Positions 6,865 through 16,912 of a DNA stretch of 32,000 bases are shown here, one piece after another. Origin of the DNA: Lachnospiraceae bacterium ZAX-1. GTDB lineage: Bacteria; Bacillota; Clostridia; Lachnospirales; Lachnospiraceae. The notes below the pieces were generated by a model, which was not told the origin of the DNA, made no database searches, and worked only from the letters and a program-made list of their open reading frames with translations. The stretch lies in the NCBI GenBank assembly GCA_046533095.1, contig JAJQRA010000035.1, positions 1-32,000 of the forward strand. Reading direction: 5' to 3'. How positions within the stretch are numbered: the stretch's first letter is position 1; every line of letters begins with the position of its first letter. The position numbers and the translations under genes were made by a program.

Positions 6865-7573
6865 ATATTATTTCCTCCTGTGTTTTAATATTGGGCGGTG
6901 TCGCCCTGTTGTCTACCCACGTTCGCTTGCTGTCGATTTTTTGTGTCATCGGGCATTTTTCCATAATTTTGAAAATTCATTCAGATTTCTTACTCCCACA
7001 GCAGATTTATGCGAATCTTTCATAGGGTTTTGTTCGTCCTCTTCCTTCGTTTTCATTGCTCCTTTCAAAATATACTTGAACGTTGTGGATATATTGTATA
7101 CCCTGTTATCAAATTAATCAAGTTCTTTTTATAAAAAAATTAAAATTTATATATAATTTTTTTAAGTTTTTGTTAAGCTTTTTGAAAAAATTTTTCGATT
7201 TTCTGTAGTTCTATATCTTCCAAACTACCTAAAATTTCCTAGCTTGATTGTTCCCTAGGTTTTCATTTCCTGTGTTTTTACAGTTTCAACATAAAGGAAC
7301 TGTTGTCAGAAAGCCATCGACATTTTCCGAAAAAACTCCGTGCAGAAAATTATATGCAACAAATATTTATTCACTCCGGGTAAATACCCCGTCGCTTGTG
7401 GCGGGGAGATTTATTATGAAGATGCTTCTGAAATGACACAGTAATACTGTGTCAAAAGTAGAGCGAATTTTAAGCAAAAAATAAAGCCCCCTTCTTAGAG
7501 TGCTCCATTTTTTGCAGGAATGACGAACAGGGGACTAAGGCTATGCTTTTATCCTATTTACGAGGTAAATTTT

Positions 7574-9274
7574 TTAGCTATGAAGAGGGGGATTTTCGGG
7601 TTTCATTTTCGCGCCTTTTCTAGCAATGTTTTCCATAATCCAAAAAAAGACAAACAAGAGTGGGGTTGTAAATGTCTGGGGATTATTGACCAGCCCCTGC
7701 ATAAGATAGGAGAGTGCGGTTACGCTGCCAATAAGCAGGATTGGCCGTTCCTTTGCCAGTTTCCAAAATCGGACGACAGAGGAAACCAACATGCCAAAGT
7801 ACCCCACAACCCCTAGAAGACCTGTTGTAACAAGAAATTGCAGAAATTCATTATGGGCATCCAGGAACATGACCTTGCCAAGCACGGTTGGCATTTCTGT
7901 TCTGTAAGTCTTATTTATAAATGCAGGAAAGCGATTCAGGTCGACGCCAGACAATTTGTCTATCAAAGGAAGCTCCCTCCATTCCCACACCGTACGTTTC
8001 CAGATGTATCCACGATTGCTTCCGAAAGAGTCCTCTAACTTTAGTGCGCCTATCCAGTGGAATTTCCCTGCAGTTTCAGGGAGAAAATTTGCTATCCCAG
8101 CGGTCAACGCAAAAATGAATAGGGCATACAGCAGTAGCCCAAACCCGATATTCCTTATTCTTATTAAAATTTCTTGGCGCGCTAATAGTGTTTGTTTTGC
8201 AGAAGGGGATTCTATTTTTTGGCATAAGAAGTAGAAGAGTGCAAGAAAGATTATTTCCAGTAGGAGCAATTCTGTACAAAATAGAAATTTTTGCACCTTG
8301 TTTTCCATAAATTCACTAGAAATTTTTGCACCTTGTTTTCCATAAATTTACTAAAAAGAGGTGCATCTAAACCGAATGAAGCACCTAGTGTGGTGGATAT
8401 TCTCATTAAAACTGAACTTAGGGTAAACAGCCCTGCAAGTTGACAGAATGCCCTTATTTTTGCAAAAGAAGACATAGAAAAATAGAGTAGTAGCAAGTAA
8501 GCACTTGAAATACCCAATATCCAGCTTTCGCTTTTGGTTGCATATGTCCCGCAAAATCCGATGACTAAGAATATGGCATAGATTGACTTGGAAACTTTCG
8601 TTTCGCTTAGGTAGAAAAGGCACATCCCAATCGGCATAATTATGCAGTCATAATTAGACGTAAAATTAGCATTTCCTATCGTACTTAAAAAAACGCTATA
8701 TTGAGTTCGAATCAAATTTGTATACATACCAAGCAAATCAATTCCAAAAAAGTTTAGGACTGACAACCCAAAGACAAGCATATTGGTGAACAAGAATATC
8801 CAAATCAAATGTATGGTTGGCTGTAGATATCTGGATATCATAAAATACACAATGATGCACAGGCCCATAAAAAATGCCCCGAGCATGCGCCCATCCTTGG
8901 CCCAAAATGCGTTTACTTTATCATCGCTATTAAGAGTAGAAATAACCACTGCAATGAAAAAATAAGAAGCCAAACAGGTCAAGACGACTGCTTTTATACC
9001 AGAGGTTCTTGGTTCGAGCGGTTAGCGATGTTGGTTCTACCGTGTTGCGCTGGGTTTTAAAAAGTTTCATGCTTAAATTTAACAGTAGCAGAAAAGTGGC
9101 AACCAGGCAAAAAACGAGTGCACTTGTTTGAAAGAAAGAGGTTTTGGCCTGTACAATATCGATATAGTTATTTCTATAATATAGCGGGAATAGCCCGATC
9201 ATCATAACTGTAAATCCATATGTGATGAATCCCAATAGGATATCCCCTTTGTTCTCATATACGTTTGTTTTCAT
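7574..9274 (-). pseudogene. O-antigen ligase / Wzy-family polytopic membrane protein, split into three ORFs (8930-9274, 8251-8982, 7574-8308)
   Basis: All three consecutive minus-strand ORFs are very hydrophobic. The last carries the Wzy_C-like segment (..FLDAHNEFLQFLVTTGLLG..). The break at ~8283-8352 is explained exactly by a 35-bp tandem duplication. The break near 8980-9030 is a simple frame change. Confidence 0.7.
8283..8352. repeat. 35-bp direct tandem duplication (1 mismatch) that frameshifts the ligase gene
   Basis: 8283-8317 reads agaaatttttgcaccttgttttccataaattcact and 8318-8352 is the same except c>t. The peptide FMENKVQKFL is therefore encoded twice: at the end of ORF 8251-8982 and at the start of ORF 7574-8308. 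Confidence 0.95.
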
Positions 9275-9328
9275 ACTTCACCATATTTCTATCCTGAATT
9301 CCTGCATTCTTTTCGCGTATACGAAATT

Positions 9329-9517
9329 CTAAGTAGCCTTGATACTCTCAATTATATCATCCACCGTATCAAATGGCAATAGAATTTGCTTTTTGGTTAG
9401 TGCTTTGGCGAATCGGTATTTTCCATTGTTAAACACAGTGATAATAGTGGACAACTGATTGAACACATGATTCATTGAAGTTGAGTTGTCCCCTAAGAAC
9501 CAAGACAACTTCCTCAT
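9329..9517 (-). pseudogene. Unassigned ORF fragment (the frame stays open upstream of the Met)
   Basis: 62-aa ORF with no RBS. The reading frame continues upstream without a start, which suggests a gene remnant. No motif was recognised. Confidence 0.2.
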
Positions 9518-9798
9518 CAGATAGGCTCTGATTACACAGGCAAGAAGCTGGGAGTTTGGCAGTTTGACGAGGCTAAAAGAAAAACCGAGCTACTACTACA
9601 GAGCAAGGAAATACAAGGAAATTGAAGGGCAAAAATAGATAGCCCTTGGTCTGCAGTGAAGCAAATAGAGGGAAGCAAGCTGAATTTCTTCGTCTAAGGT
9701 TGATTCCCTCTAATCCCAATGAATAAAGCTCTTTGATAATAGATGTATTAAATTGTCGAACGTTTTACTTATTTTGCATAGCTACCTTTAAGGTATAT

Positions 9799-10254
9799 TT
9801 AAGAAAGAATAGGTATACAAAACTCACAATACCCTTTTTCAACAAGTCCAATTTGATATCGTTCTAAGACTGGACGATTTTCATCAATTTGACGTTTTTC
9901 TTGTGCCAAAATGTCACCAATTGTTTCCCAAAAATGCTTTACATCATCGGCAGTATGTAAGACCTCAAACACAAGATACGCTCCATGTGGCAATTTCCCA
10001 TGACGAATTGTATTGTCTTGGAAATCAGTTTCAGTAACAAAGCAAACATCATAGCGGCATTTTTCTGGTGGAGTAACCGTAGCGTCATCTTGTGCTATTC
10101 CATATATTATTCCAGTTTCATTCCAAAGATTTTGATTGCGTATCCATTGTTTCATGTTCTCCATAAGTTGAAAATTTTGTGCTCCACCGTATGGACCGAT
10201 TTGGCGCATATAAACAATAGATTGTGCTGTGATATTCTCAATACGAGCTTGCAT
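9799..10254 (-). CDS. GyrI-like small-molecule-binding domain protein
   Basis: The sequence pattern MQARIENITAQSIVYMRQIGPYG...GIAQDD......CRYDVC........G.YLVF is typical of the GyrI-like/AraC_E_bind fold. The ATG at 10254 follows GAAAGGAAGG. Confidence 0.65.
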   Translation of the reverse strand: MQARIENITAQSIVYMRQIGPYGGAQNFQLMENMKQWIRNQNLWNETGIIYGIAQDDATVTPPEKCRYDVCFVTETDFQDNTIRHGKLPHGAYLVFEVLHTADDVKHFWETIGDILAQEKRQIDENRPVLERYQIGLVEKGYCEFCIPILS

Positions 10255-10293
10255 AAAATACCTTCCTTTCAATTCAACAGGTTTTTCCTGTAT

Positions 10294-11127
10294 TTATTTT
10301 TTCTTAACAGGATAATAAAATTCAGTGGTACTATCTTCCGGCAAAATATTCTGTTCTGGGCTTTCTGGACTTTTCCTGAATATCTCAAACGGAGATTTTA
10401 TAAAATAATATCCCGCTAACTCTGCCCAATCACGTTGTTTAGCATAGATAGATGTTAATTTCGAATATGGTCCTTTCATGATTGACTTTACACATAAGCC
10501 AGCTTTGAAATCCCTTGTTCCTGTTACAATTTCTTTAACAGGTATGGCAAATTCAATATCATACTCTGTCGGATTAAATTCAGGGCTATGATACATTGTC
10601 ATGGGCATACCTGTCATCGTAAGGTTACTCATAGCAATTTTCTCAAAGAGCTTACTGAAAAATCCAACATATCCTTTTGAACATTCTTCTAAGTTCAATA
10701 CTTTGCGAATATAAAGAATATTCATAGTTGGAACATCAACAAGTTCCACGTCAATACGATTAAGATATGACATTACTGAATTTCCACTTTCCAAACTCTC
10801 CATATCATCATAAATTAGTTGTAACGTAGTTGCTAAAGATTTAACATCATCTTGAATATCACTCTTTTTCTTACTCAAAAATGTGTAGAGCGTGCTATCC
10901 CTATCATCTTCATCTACATCAATTATGGTCTTGATTTCCTCTAATGAAAAATGCTGTGATTTCAACCGATTGATAAACAGCATTGTTTTTAGCTGTTCTA
11001 TCGAATAATATCTGTATCCGTTTTCGGGATTTACTTCACTTGGCTTAATCAGTCCTATTTCAGCATAATAGCGAAGTGTTTTTGCTGATACTTCACATAT
11101 TTTTGAAAACTCTCCTATAGCTAACAC
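10294..11127 (-). CDS. MerR-family transcriptional regulator with C-terminal GyrI-like effector domain (BmrR-like architecture)
   Basis: The N terminus, (M)LAIGEFSKICEVSAKTLRYYAEIGLIKPSEVNPENGYRYYSIEQL, is a MerR HTH. The GTG at 11127 follows AAGGAGGTGG. The longer track ORF (to 11241) would run over its own promoter. Confidence 0.75.
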   Translation of the reverse strand: MLAIGEFSKICEVSAKTLRYYAEIGLIKPSEVNPENGYRYYSIEQLKTMLFINRLKSQHFSLEEIKTIIDVDEDDRDSTLYTFLSKKKSDIQDDVKSLATTLQLIYDDMESLESGNSVMSYLNRIDVELVDVPTMNILYIRKVLNLEECSKGYVGFFSKLFEKIAMSNLTMTGMPMTMYHSPEFNPTEYDIEFAIPVKEIVTGTRDFKAGLCVKSIMKGPYSKLTSIYAKQRDWAELAGYYFIKSPFEIFRKSPESPEQNILPEDSTTEFYYPVKKK

Positions 11128-11155
11128 GAAGCCACCTCCTTGTATTTTCAATTCA

Positions 11156-11186
11156 AGTATAAACTTTGCCCCAAGGGTAAAGTCAA
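11156..11186 (-). promoter_or_regulatory. MerR-type promoter: TTGACT - 19-nt spacer with dyad - TATACT
   Basis: On the minus strand, the -35 is at 11181-11186 and the -10 at 11156-11161. The 19-nt spacer contains the imperfect dyad ACTTTACCC..GGGCAAAGT. An overlong spacer carrying a dyad is the hallmark of MerR-regulated promoters. Confidence 0.55.
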
Positions 11187-11289
11187 CGGCTTTTTTGAAC
11201 TTCTGCCTTTTTTGAATTCCATTTTTGATTCCGTTCTCCAAGGCATATTGTGACTCGCCAAATTGCGAATTACCATCACTATTTTATTT

Positions 11290-12124
11290 TTATACTTCCA
11301 TTCCACACTTCATATTATCTAATATTTCATGATAGCGTTTTGTTGCCAATTTACTTGGGCTACCTTTTCTACAAAAGGATAATTTGGCAAGTTTTGGGAC
11401 AACACGTTCTACGATTACTTGTCCATCTACAGTCTTGCTTTTTAATATTTCGAATGTTTCAAGAAATCTATGGTCGCTTTTTGCCTGAGCATAAAATGAC
11501 AGAACGTATACGTAATAAAACAAATTATACCCGCCAAGAGGGTATCCCACTTGCATAAACAGTGACCCAATTCCATAGTGGCATGGGCTAATAGGTTTGC
11601 GGATATTCCAATGCTGAAGCAGAAAATCTACGGCTTTATCCGACTGCAAGTCATTATTTAGTAAATTTCTATAACGAAATGCATCTAAAACTACAAGCGT
11701 AGTGTATAGCGTTGAATATTCTGTTTCCTCGCCCAAAGCTGTATTTATTACACTTCCATCCACCATCGAGTTGCTGTGTTTCCAAAAAATACTGGAATGA
11801 TTTCTGTATTCTGCTATCAGCAGAGTATCCCATATGACATAAGGTATTGAGGGCTAAAGCAGTTTGGCAAGGATAAATTCCGCCTTTGGGAAAAACCCTA
11901 AACCTCCCATCTTTTTGCCAAGTACGGAGAATCAATTCTGCAGTGTCTTTTAAAAGTGGTTCATCTGGAGACATGCCGAGTTCTAGTAGGTATAGAGTAC
12001 TCCCTGTAAACGGAGAACCTTTCATTAGACGAATATCTTTTGTTGACCAAAGGTCACTTCCATTGTCATATCTGTGCGATATAATTTCTTCAATATCTGA
12101 TAAATATGGGTTATCTATCTTCAA
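11290..12124 (-). pseudogene. Prenyltransferase/terpene-cyclase-like (alpha-alpha toroid repeat) protein with one frameshift
   Basis: ORFs 11669-12124 and 11290-11766 overlap in different frames and read through as one protein (..QQLDGGWKCNKYSFGR / EETEYSTLYTTLVVLDAF..). The DGGW/DGxF repeats resemble squalene-cyclase/prenyltransferase repeats. The frame change is near the TTTGGG run at ~11720-11735. The start is a TTG at 12124 after AGGAGG. Confidence 0.5.
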
Positions 12125-12125
12125 G

Positions 12126-12306
12126 TTATTTGCCTCCTGCTCTGTTTAATTTGAACACTCTAAAATCTTTCTTATTATACACAATATCCAAAAAGATGCC
12201 AATTTTTTTGTTTAAAAATCAATTTGTAAGGCTCAATAATTCTCTTAGCATACCCATTTCTACTATAATATTCCATTTGAAGAAGGTGATGGGTGGCAAT
12301 GGCTAA
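12126..12306 (-). pseudogene. WYL-domain regulator remnant (C-terminal piece, with stops and a frameshift)
   Basis: Minus-strand translation gives ..YSRNGYAKRIIEPYKLIFKQKNWHLFGYCV**, and then in the +1 frame YNKKDFRVFKLNRAGGK*. This is the canonical WYL-core pattern (R.IEPY.L.....WYL.GYC......R.F.L.R). Confidence 0.5.
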
Positions 12307-12309
12307 GCG

Positions 12310-12745
12310 AAAGTTCTTAATTTTTCTATAGTCGTACTTTTATGATTCCAAGACGTAAAATCTATGATAATGTCATTTTCCAGTAACAATTCTTTATGCT
12401 TTAACAGTAATACCGTTACAATTTTTGATATTTTTTCCTAATCTAGCAGATCTGTAATTCCATCAAAGTGGTCAGAATCATTATGTGACGGATATTCATC
12501 TGCATACCTCCATCGCCACTGATACGTAATTCTATCAAAGTGATCAGAATCATTATGTGACAGTACAAATGTTGCTAATTCATACCCATTTTTTGATTCA
12601 TATATTCAATTACTCGTTCAGCATGTTCTTCACATCCACAATCATAAACTACTAGCTCACTTTCATTATCAATAATAATAATACAATCTCCAAAATTTTT
12701 GCTGCAATTTTCATAGCCTTTTGAACTTAAAACTTTAACGAACAT
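12310..12745 (-). pseudogene. MBL-fold metallo-hydrolase remnant with internal 72-bp-spaced duplication
   Basis: The ATG at 12745 gives MFVKVLSSKGYENCSKNFGDCIIIIDNESELVVYDCGCEEHAERVIEYMNQKMGMN*. A shifted frame then carries ..THNDSDHFD.. twice (the HxHxDH-like MBL motif). There are several stops. Confidence 0.45.
12456..12561. repeat. 34-bp segment repeated at a 72-bp period (2 mismatches)
   Basis: 12456-12489 reads aattccatcaaagtggtcagaatcattatgtgac and 12528-12561 reads aattctatcaaagtgatcagaatcattatgtgac. Confidence 0.9.
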
Positions 12746-13138
12746 AATTTCTCTATTCTCAGTACTAATCGCACTTCAATAAAACGAATGATTTAAATCG
12801 ATAAACAATAGTTTTATTTATGAAAAAAGAGAAAATGACCGATTCTCTGGTACAATACGAGAATAATGTTGGTGAATATCTTTGAAACGTCTGAAAACCA
12901 AACCTTCTGGCTTGTTTATTAGAAATATAAATAATACCCTCAATTTTGAACAGATTTAACCATTTATGGTCATTAGCAATTGAGTATGTAAGGACTAAAG
13001 CGCCAACGTTAGTTCTTTCTTTTTGCCTATTCGATATAAATAACAATTTTCAGAATACCTTTTAGCCTTACATCAACTCCCTGTAACTTGTTACAGCCAA
13101 TAGTTGCTCAACGAGTATATTAACGTTTGTGTATGGAT

Positions 13139-13747
13139 TCATTTTGCCAATTGAATTGCAAATGTTGCTTCTTCTTGTGAATATTTCTCTGCCAAACTTT
13201 CAGCATTTTTTATCGCTTCTTCAACACTGCCATTTTGAATAGCTTCAAAGATGTGATTGGGTAACAAGTCGTTTAAACGAATGATTTTACTGCCTTTACT
13301 TTCATAATAGCACAGCATTTCGTCAATTTTCCTTTTATCATAACTTGTAATGCAATCTGATAATACACTAACGCTATAATTTGCTTTGCGTAAGTTGTAA
13401 CAGGTTGATTTAACACAAGCAACAGCATCTGCTCCTGCTATGTAAAAATCACATATTTCATTTTTGCTAATAAAGTCTGTAAATTCTTCACTGCTTAATG
13501 CGTTTCCTTTGTATTTTGTAAAAACATTTTTTGATGCTATTCTTAAGTCTGAGGCTAATTCAGCGCCGCGCGTATTGGGTTTTAAAGTCCTCGTTCCGGC
13601 TGACAAATTTTCATGCCTTATATAAACAACATGAATATCATGATTGACTGCCCAATCAATCGCTTTGTTGATATTTTTAATAATATCCTTGTAATTCTTT
13701 GTTATGTCATTTTGAATATCTATGATTACTAAGGCTTTTTTCTGCAT
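13139..13747 (-). CDS. Isochorismatase-family cysteine hydrolase
   Basis: Family pattern: MQKKALVIIDIQND (Asp), ...VVYIRH..., ...FYIAGADAVACVKST (catalytic Cys context). The ATG at 13747 follows CAGGAGGAGACACT. Confidence 0.75.
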   Translation of the reverse strand: MQKKALVIIDIQNDITKNYKDIIKNINKAIDWAVNHDIHVVYIRHENLSAGTRTLKPNTRGAELASDLRIASKNVFTKYKGNALSSEEFTDFISKNEICDFYIAGADAVACVKSTCYNLRKANYSVSVLSDCITSYDKRKIDEMLCYYESKGSKIIRLNDLLPNHIFEAIQNGSVEEAIKNAESLAEKYSQEEATFAIQLAK

Positions 13748-13868
13748 AGTGTCTCCTCCTGATAGGTAGATTGATTTGGTTGCTTTTTTATTATACCTTA
13801 TAATTGTTGACAACAGTATGGCAACAATCTATAATGATAATAAAGAAATTTTGGAAGGCGGCTATCAG

Positions 13869-14208
13869 ATGAAAGTTGACAGGCTTGTTAGCATTATTAT
13901 GATACTCCTTGAAGTATTGGCAAGGGTATTGCCATAAAAGAAATGATTTTCGCCTATTCAAACTATCCCGCACATCAAACCTGCAAATCCAAGAGGAATT
14001 TTTTTCACCACGAGATTATCAAAAACCGCAGTTGGATTTTGCTGATATTTTGGCAACTATGCAAACAAAAATCAAAATTCGTATTCATAAATCTGTCATG
14101 GACAGGGTACTTGATTTTTGTGTTAATGAAAAAGACGCGCTTAACAAAATAACAACTAGGCTTGCAGAGTTTGTAGGCAAAGCAATTTTATCGGCATATC
14201 AATCATAG
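13869..14208 (+). pseudogene. YafY/WYL-type regulator remnant (internal deletion)
   Basis: The ATG at 13869 gives MKVDRLVSIIMILLE, a typical YafY HTH N terminus, then a stop after 22 codons. The ORF at 13909-14208 resumes in the WYL core (WQGYCHKRNDFRLFKLSRTSNLQI...). The gene is divergent from the isochorismatase gene. Confidence 0.5.
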
Positions 14209-14314
14209 CGTTGATGTTTTTACATGTTGCTAAATGACAACGTACAAATATGCTATAGGTAAATAGGCTTGAATTCACAATAAGACAGATATGTTTCCAC
14301 GAAATACAAAAAAC

Positions 14315-14344
14315 GGCAAGGCTAGTTTTAAAACCTGTCTTGCC
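14315..14344. terminator. Bidirectional hairpin terminator between the island and rlmD
   Basis: GGCAAG (14315-14320) pairs with CTTGCC (14339-14344). The hairpin is flanked by an A-run upstream and ATTTTAT downstream, so it is T-rich on both strands. Confidence 0.5.
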
Positions 14345-14385
14345 ATTTTATCAATTTTCTAATAAATCCAGTATTTAAGCCATTT

Positions 14386-15963
14386 CTAGCTGTCTTTCCT
14401 TGACGTCAACACAACACTCTCAACATGAACGGTAGATCCAAACATATCAATCGGTTGGATACGCTCTACAAGAAACCCTCGTTCACACAAATACTTTAAA
14501 TCGCGTGCAAGGGTTGCGGAATCACAGCTGACATAGATCAGTTTCTCCGGTTTTATTGTGGCGATTGCATCTAGCAGTGACTGCTCACAGCCTTTTCGCG
14601 GAGGGTCAACAACAATTACATCTACATGTGTTTTTTTCGCAGGGTCAACGACATTTGCATCGTATTCCGGCAATATTTCTTCTGCCTTGCCAACAAAAAA
14701 ATCTACATTTTCGATGCCGTTAATTTTAGCATTATGCTTTGCATCAGCAATGGCTTGGGGCACAAGTTCCACACCATATACCTGTTTTGCTTTTTGTGCC
14801 AGAAACAATGAGATGGTACCAATTCCACAGTATAAGTCCCACACCGTTTCTTTACCGGTCAATCCGGCATATTCTAAAACAGTCTGATATAGTTTGCTGG
14901 TCTGAATAGGATTTATCTGATAAAATGACAAGGGTGAAATTTGAAATTTGATACCAGCGATATAGTCCGTTATATAATCTTGCCCCCATAGGTTCCTGAT
15001 TTCATTGCCCAAAATCACATTGGTATTCTTTGTATTTATATTAAGGGTGATGCTTGTCATACCATCAAGTTTACATAATTTTTCGATCAGGTGTTCACTA
15101 TGTTTTAGGCTCGTCCCATTGATCACAAGGCATACCATAATTTCTTTGGTCGTAAATCCAAATCGAACTAAGACATGGCGGATGAGCCCGGTACCCGTTT
15201 TTTCATCGTATGCGGCAATGCCCCATTTTTTCATAAAAGATAGCACGATATCCAGTATTTGTTCATTTACGGCAACACCTAGATAACATTTATGGTTGGC
15301 AATAATGATATGGGTCCGGCTTGCGTAGAACCCAGCTACAGTGTTTCCGTCTTTGTCTCGTCCAATTGGAAACTGTGCCTTATTTCGGTAAAAAAAAGGC
15401 TTCTCCATGCCGATGATTGGATAAAGAGCCTCGTTTTGTAGATGTAGCCCACCAATTCGCTGTAGGTTGTTTTTTACCTTATTCTGTTTGAAATCTAGCT
15501 GCTTTTCATAAGCAAGCGCTTGCAATTGGCAGCCACCGCATTGTCGGTGAAATGAGCATAATGGTTCAATGCGATCAGGAGAAGGCTCCAATATATCAAG
15601 CAATCTGGCATATCCGTAATGCTTTTTCATACGCATGATTTTTATAAGAACCTTGTCTCCAATGATGGCGTCTTTCACAAATAAGGGGCGACCATCTACT
15701 TTGCCGATACCGGATCCATCTACCCCCATATCTTCAATGACTAGTTCTAGTATCGTATCTTTTAAAAGAGCTGTATGTCCATGGACGAGTTCCAATGCAG
15801 TATCTTTTGAAAGAGCGGTATGTTCATGGACGAGCTCCAATGCGGTAGCTAGCTCACGCGATCCGTTATTTTCATATCCAGTATTTTCATATCCAGTATT
15901 TTCTATATGACAGTTGGAGCTTCCCTGATTAAATGTTGTCGCCATAGTCTCTTTACTTTCCAT
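14386..15963 (-). CDS. rlmD: 23S rRNA (uracil-C5)-methyltransferase, RlmD/RumA family, with a repeat-built N-terminal extension
   Basis: TRAM-like start (..LELVIEDMGVDGSGIGKVDGRPLFVKDAIIGDKV..). Fe-S Cys motif CSFHRQCGGCQLQ. SAM-binding motif DLYCGIGTISL and the catalytic region DPPRKG...YVSCD. The ATG at 15963 follows ACGGAGGATT and overlaps the yhaM stop. Confidence 0.85.
   Translation of the reverse strand: MESKETMATTFNQGSSNCHIENTGYENTGYENNGSRELATALELVHEHTALSKDTALELVHGHTALLKDTILELVIEDMGVDGSGIGKVDGRPLFVKDAIIGDKVLIKIMRMKKHYGYARLLDILEPSPDRIEPLCSFHRQCGGCQLQALAYEKQLDFKQNKVKNNLQRIGGLHLQNEALYPIIGMEKPFFYRNKAQFPIGRDKDGNTVAGFYASRTHIIIANHKCYLGVAVNEQILDIVLSFMKKWGIAAYDEKTGTGLIRHVLVRFGFTTKEIMVCLVINGTSLKHSEHLIEKLCKLDGMTSITLNINTKNTNVILGNEIRNLWGQDYITDYIAGIKFQISPLSFYQINPIQTSKLYQTVLEYAGLTGKETVWDLYCGIGTISLFLAQKAKQVYGVELVPQAIADAKHNAKINGIENVDFFVGKAEEILPEYDANVVDPAKKTHVDVIVVDPPRKGCEQSLLDAIATIKPEKLIYVSCDSATLARDLKYLCERGFLVERIQPIDMFGSTVHVESVVLTSRKDS
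15737..15843. repeat. 45-bp tandem repeat, ~2.4 copies, in the rlmD 5' region
   Basis: Units at 15754-15798 and 15799-15843 have ~6 mismatches, with a partial related unit at 15737-15753. They encode TALELVHEHTALSKD / TALELVHGHTALLKD / TILELVIED. Confidence 0.9.
15867..15909. repeat. 15-bp tandem repeat, ~2.8 copies (tattttcatatccag), in the rlmD 5' region
   Basis: Two perfect copies plus one diverged copy, encoding (E)NTGYENTGYEN. Confidence 0.9.
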
Positions 15964-16912
15964 AATCCTCCGTTGTTTTGCGAATATTCGATTCAAACAG
16001 ACGGTTGTAGCCAAGCCAATCCGTACTGCCGTATGGTGCTGCGGCAAAGGCCTCTTTCATGGTCTGTAGCTTTGCATCGGTATTGTCGGCAAAACTAAGC
16101 GCAACGGCCTCGGCCAAAGCAGGCTTTTTAGGCGATCCAAACGCTAGCTCGCCATGATGGGATAAAATGCAATGCTTTAGCTCTGTCGCAAGCTTTGATG
16201 GGAATTTGGGAATTTGGCGAATCCGCTCCCCCACTAGCTCTACACCAATCATGATATGCCCAAGCAGCTGCCCCTCATCGGTGTAGTCGTTTGCTGGAAA
16301 TGCGGACAATTCGTAAAGCTTGCCGATATCGTGAAAAAGTGCGGAGGCAATCAATAAATCTTTATGAAGCATCGGATATGCCTGTGTATAAAATTTACAT
16401 AATTTCACTACATTCAAGGTATGCTCTAGTAACCCCCCAACGAACCCATGGTGGACAACTTTCGCGGCACTGTGAAATTGAAACTGTTTGATAAATTCGG
16501 CATCCTCAACAAAAAAGCTATTTGCAAGCTGTTTTAGAAAAGGGTTTTCCATTTTGTCAATGAAATCCACAAGTTCCTGATACATTACATCAATCTCTTT
16601 TTCACTGACCGGAAGATAATCTTTTGGATCGTATTCTTCTTCCCTTGCCTTGCGCACCCGCTTTACATTCAGTTGGAGGGCACCTTGAAAGCTCGTAACG
16701 TCGCCAACAACGTCTATGTAGTCTAATACATCAAAATCATCAATTCCCTGTGAATTGGGCTCCCATATCTTTGTATCTAAAGTGCCGGTTTTGTCCTGTA
16801 AAATTAAATTTACATAGGATTTCCCATTTTTTGTTAAAGCAGTCTGCTTATGCTTGCATAAGTAAATACCTCCAACTTTTTCACCTTCTCGCAAGGTCGC
16901 TATATATTTCAT
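15953..16912 (-). CDS. yhaM: 3'-5' exoribonuclease YhaM (OB-fold + HD domain)
   Basis: The sequence is MKYIATLREGEKVGGIYLCKHKQTALTKNGKSYVNLILQDKTGTLDTKIWE (OB fold). The HD region has HHGFVGGLLEHTL, ALFHDIGK and SHHG. The ATG at 16912 follows TTGGAGGTATCAAATAAT. Confidence 0.85.
   Translation of the reverse strand: MKYIATLREGEKVGGIYLCKHKQTALTKNGKSYVNLILQDKTGTLDTKIWEPNSQGIDDFDVLDYIDVVGDVTSFQGALQLNVKRVRKAREEEYDPKDYLPVSEKEIDVMYQELVDFIDKMENPFLKQLANSFFVEDAEFIKQFQFHSAAKVVHHGFVGGLLEHTLNVVKLCKFYTQAYPMLHKDLLIASALFHDIGKLYELSAFPANDYTDEGQLLGHIMIGVELVGERIRQIPKFPSKLATELKHCILSHHGELAFGSPKKPALAEAVALSFADNTDAKLQTMKEAFAAAPYGSTDWLGYNRLFESNIRKTTEDYGK

Noticed and set aside
6563-7117. 184-aa plus-strand ORF beginning MRSPGVTSPGVTSPGV
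   Set aside because: It is the mirror image of the TPGDV repeat gene on the other strand. It has no RBS and runs through AT-rich promoter-like DNA.
7248-7816. Plus-strand ORFs 7248-7436 and 7520-7816, and hairpins at 7388-7407 and 7435-7453
   Set aside because: The ORFs lack an RBS, and the second is antisense to the ligase gene. The hairpins are probably terminators downstream of the ligase gene. No RNA family was recognised.
10294-11241. Long 315-aa version of the MerR ORF
   Set aside because: The extra 37 N-terminal codons overlap the MerR-type promoter. A GTG at 11127 with a perfect AAGGAGGTGG RBS starts exactly at the HTH.
12765-13046. 93-aa minus-strand ORF between the MBL remnant and the isochorismatase gene
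   Set aside because: It has no RBS and no recognisable motif, and it lies in very AT-rich DNA where long ORFs arise by chance. It may be another remnant, but I cannot support that.
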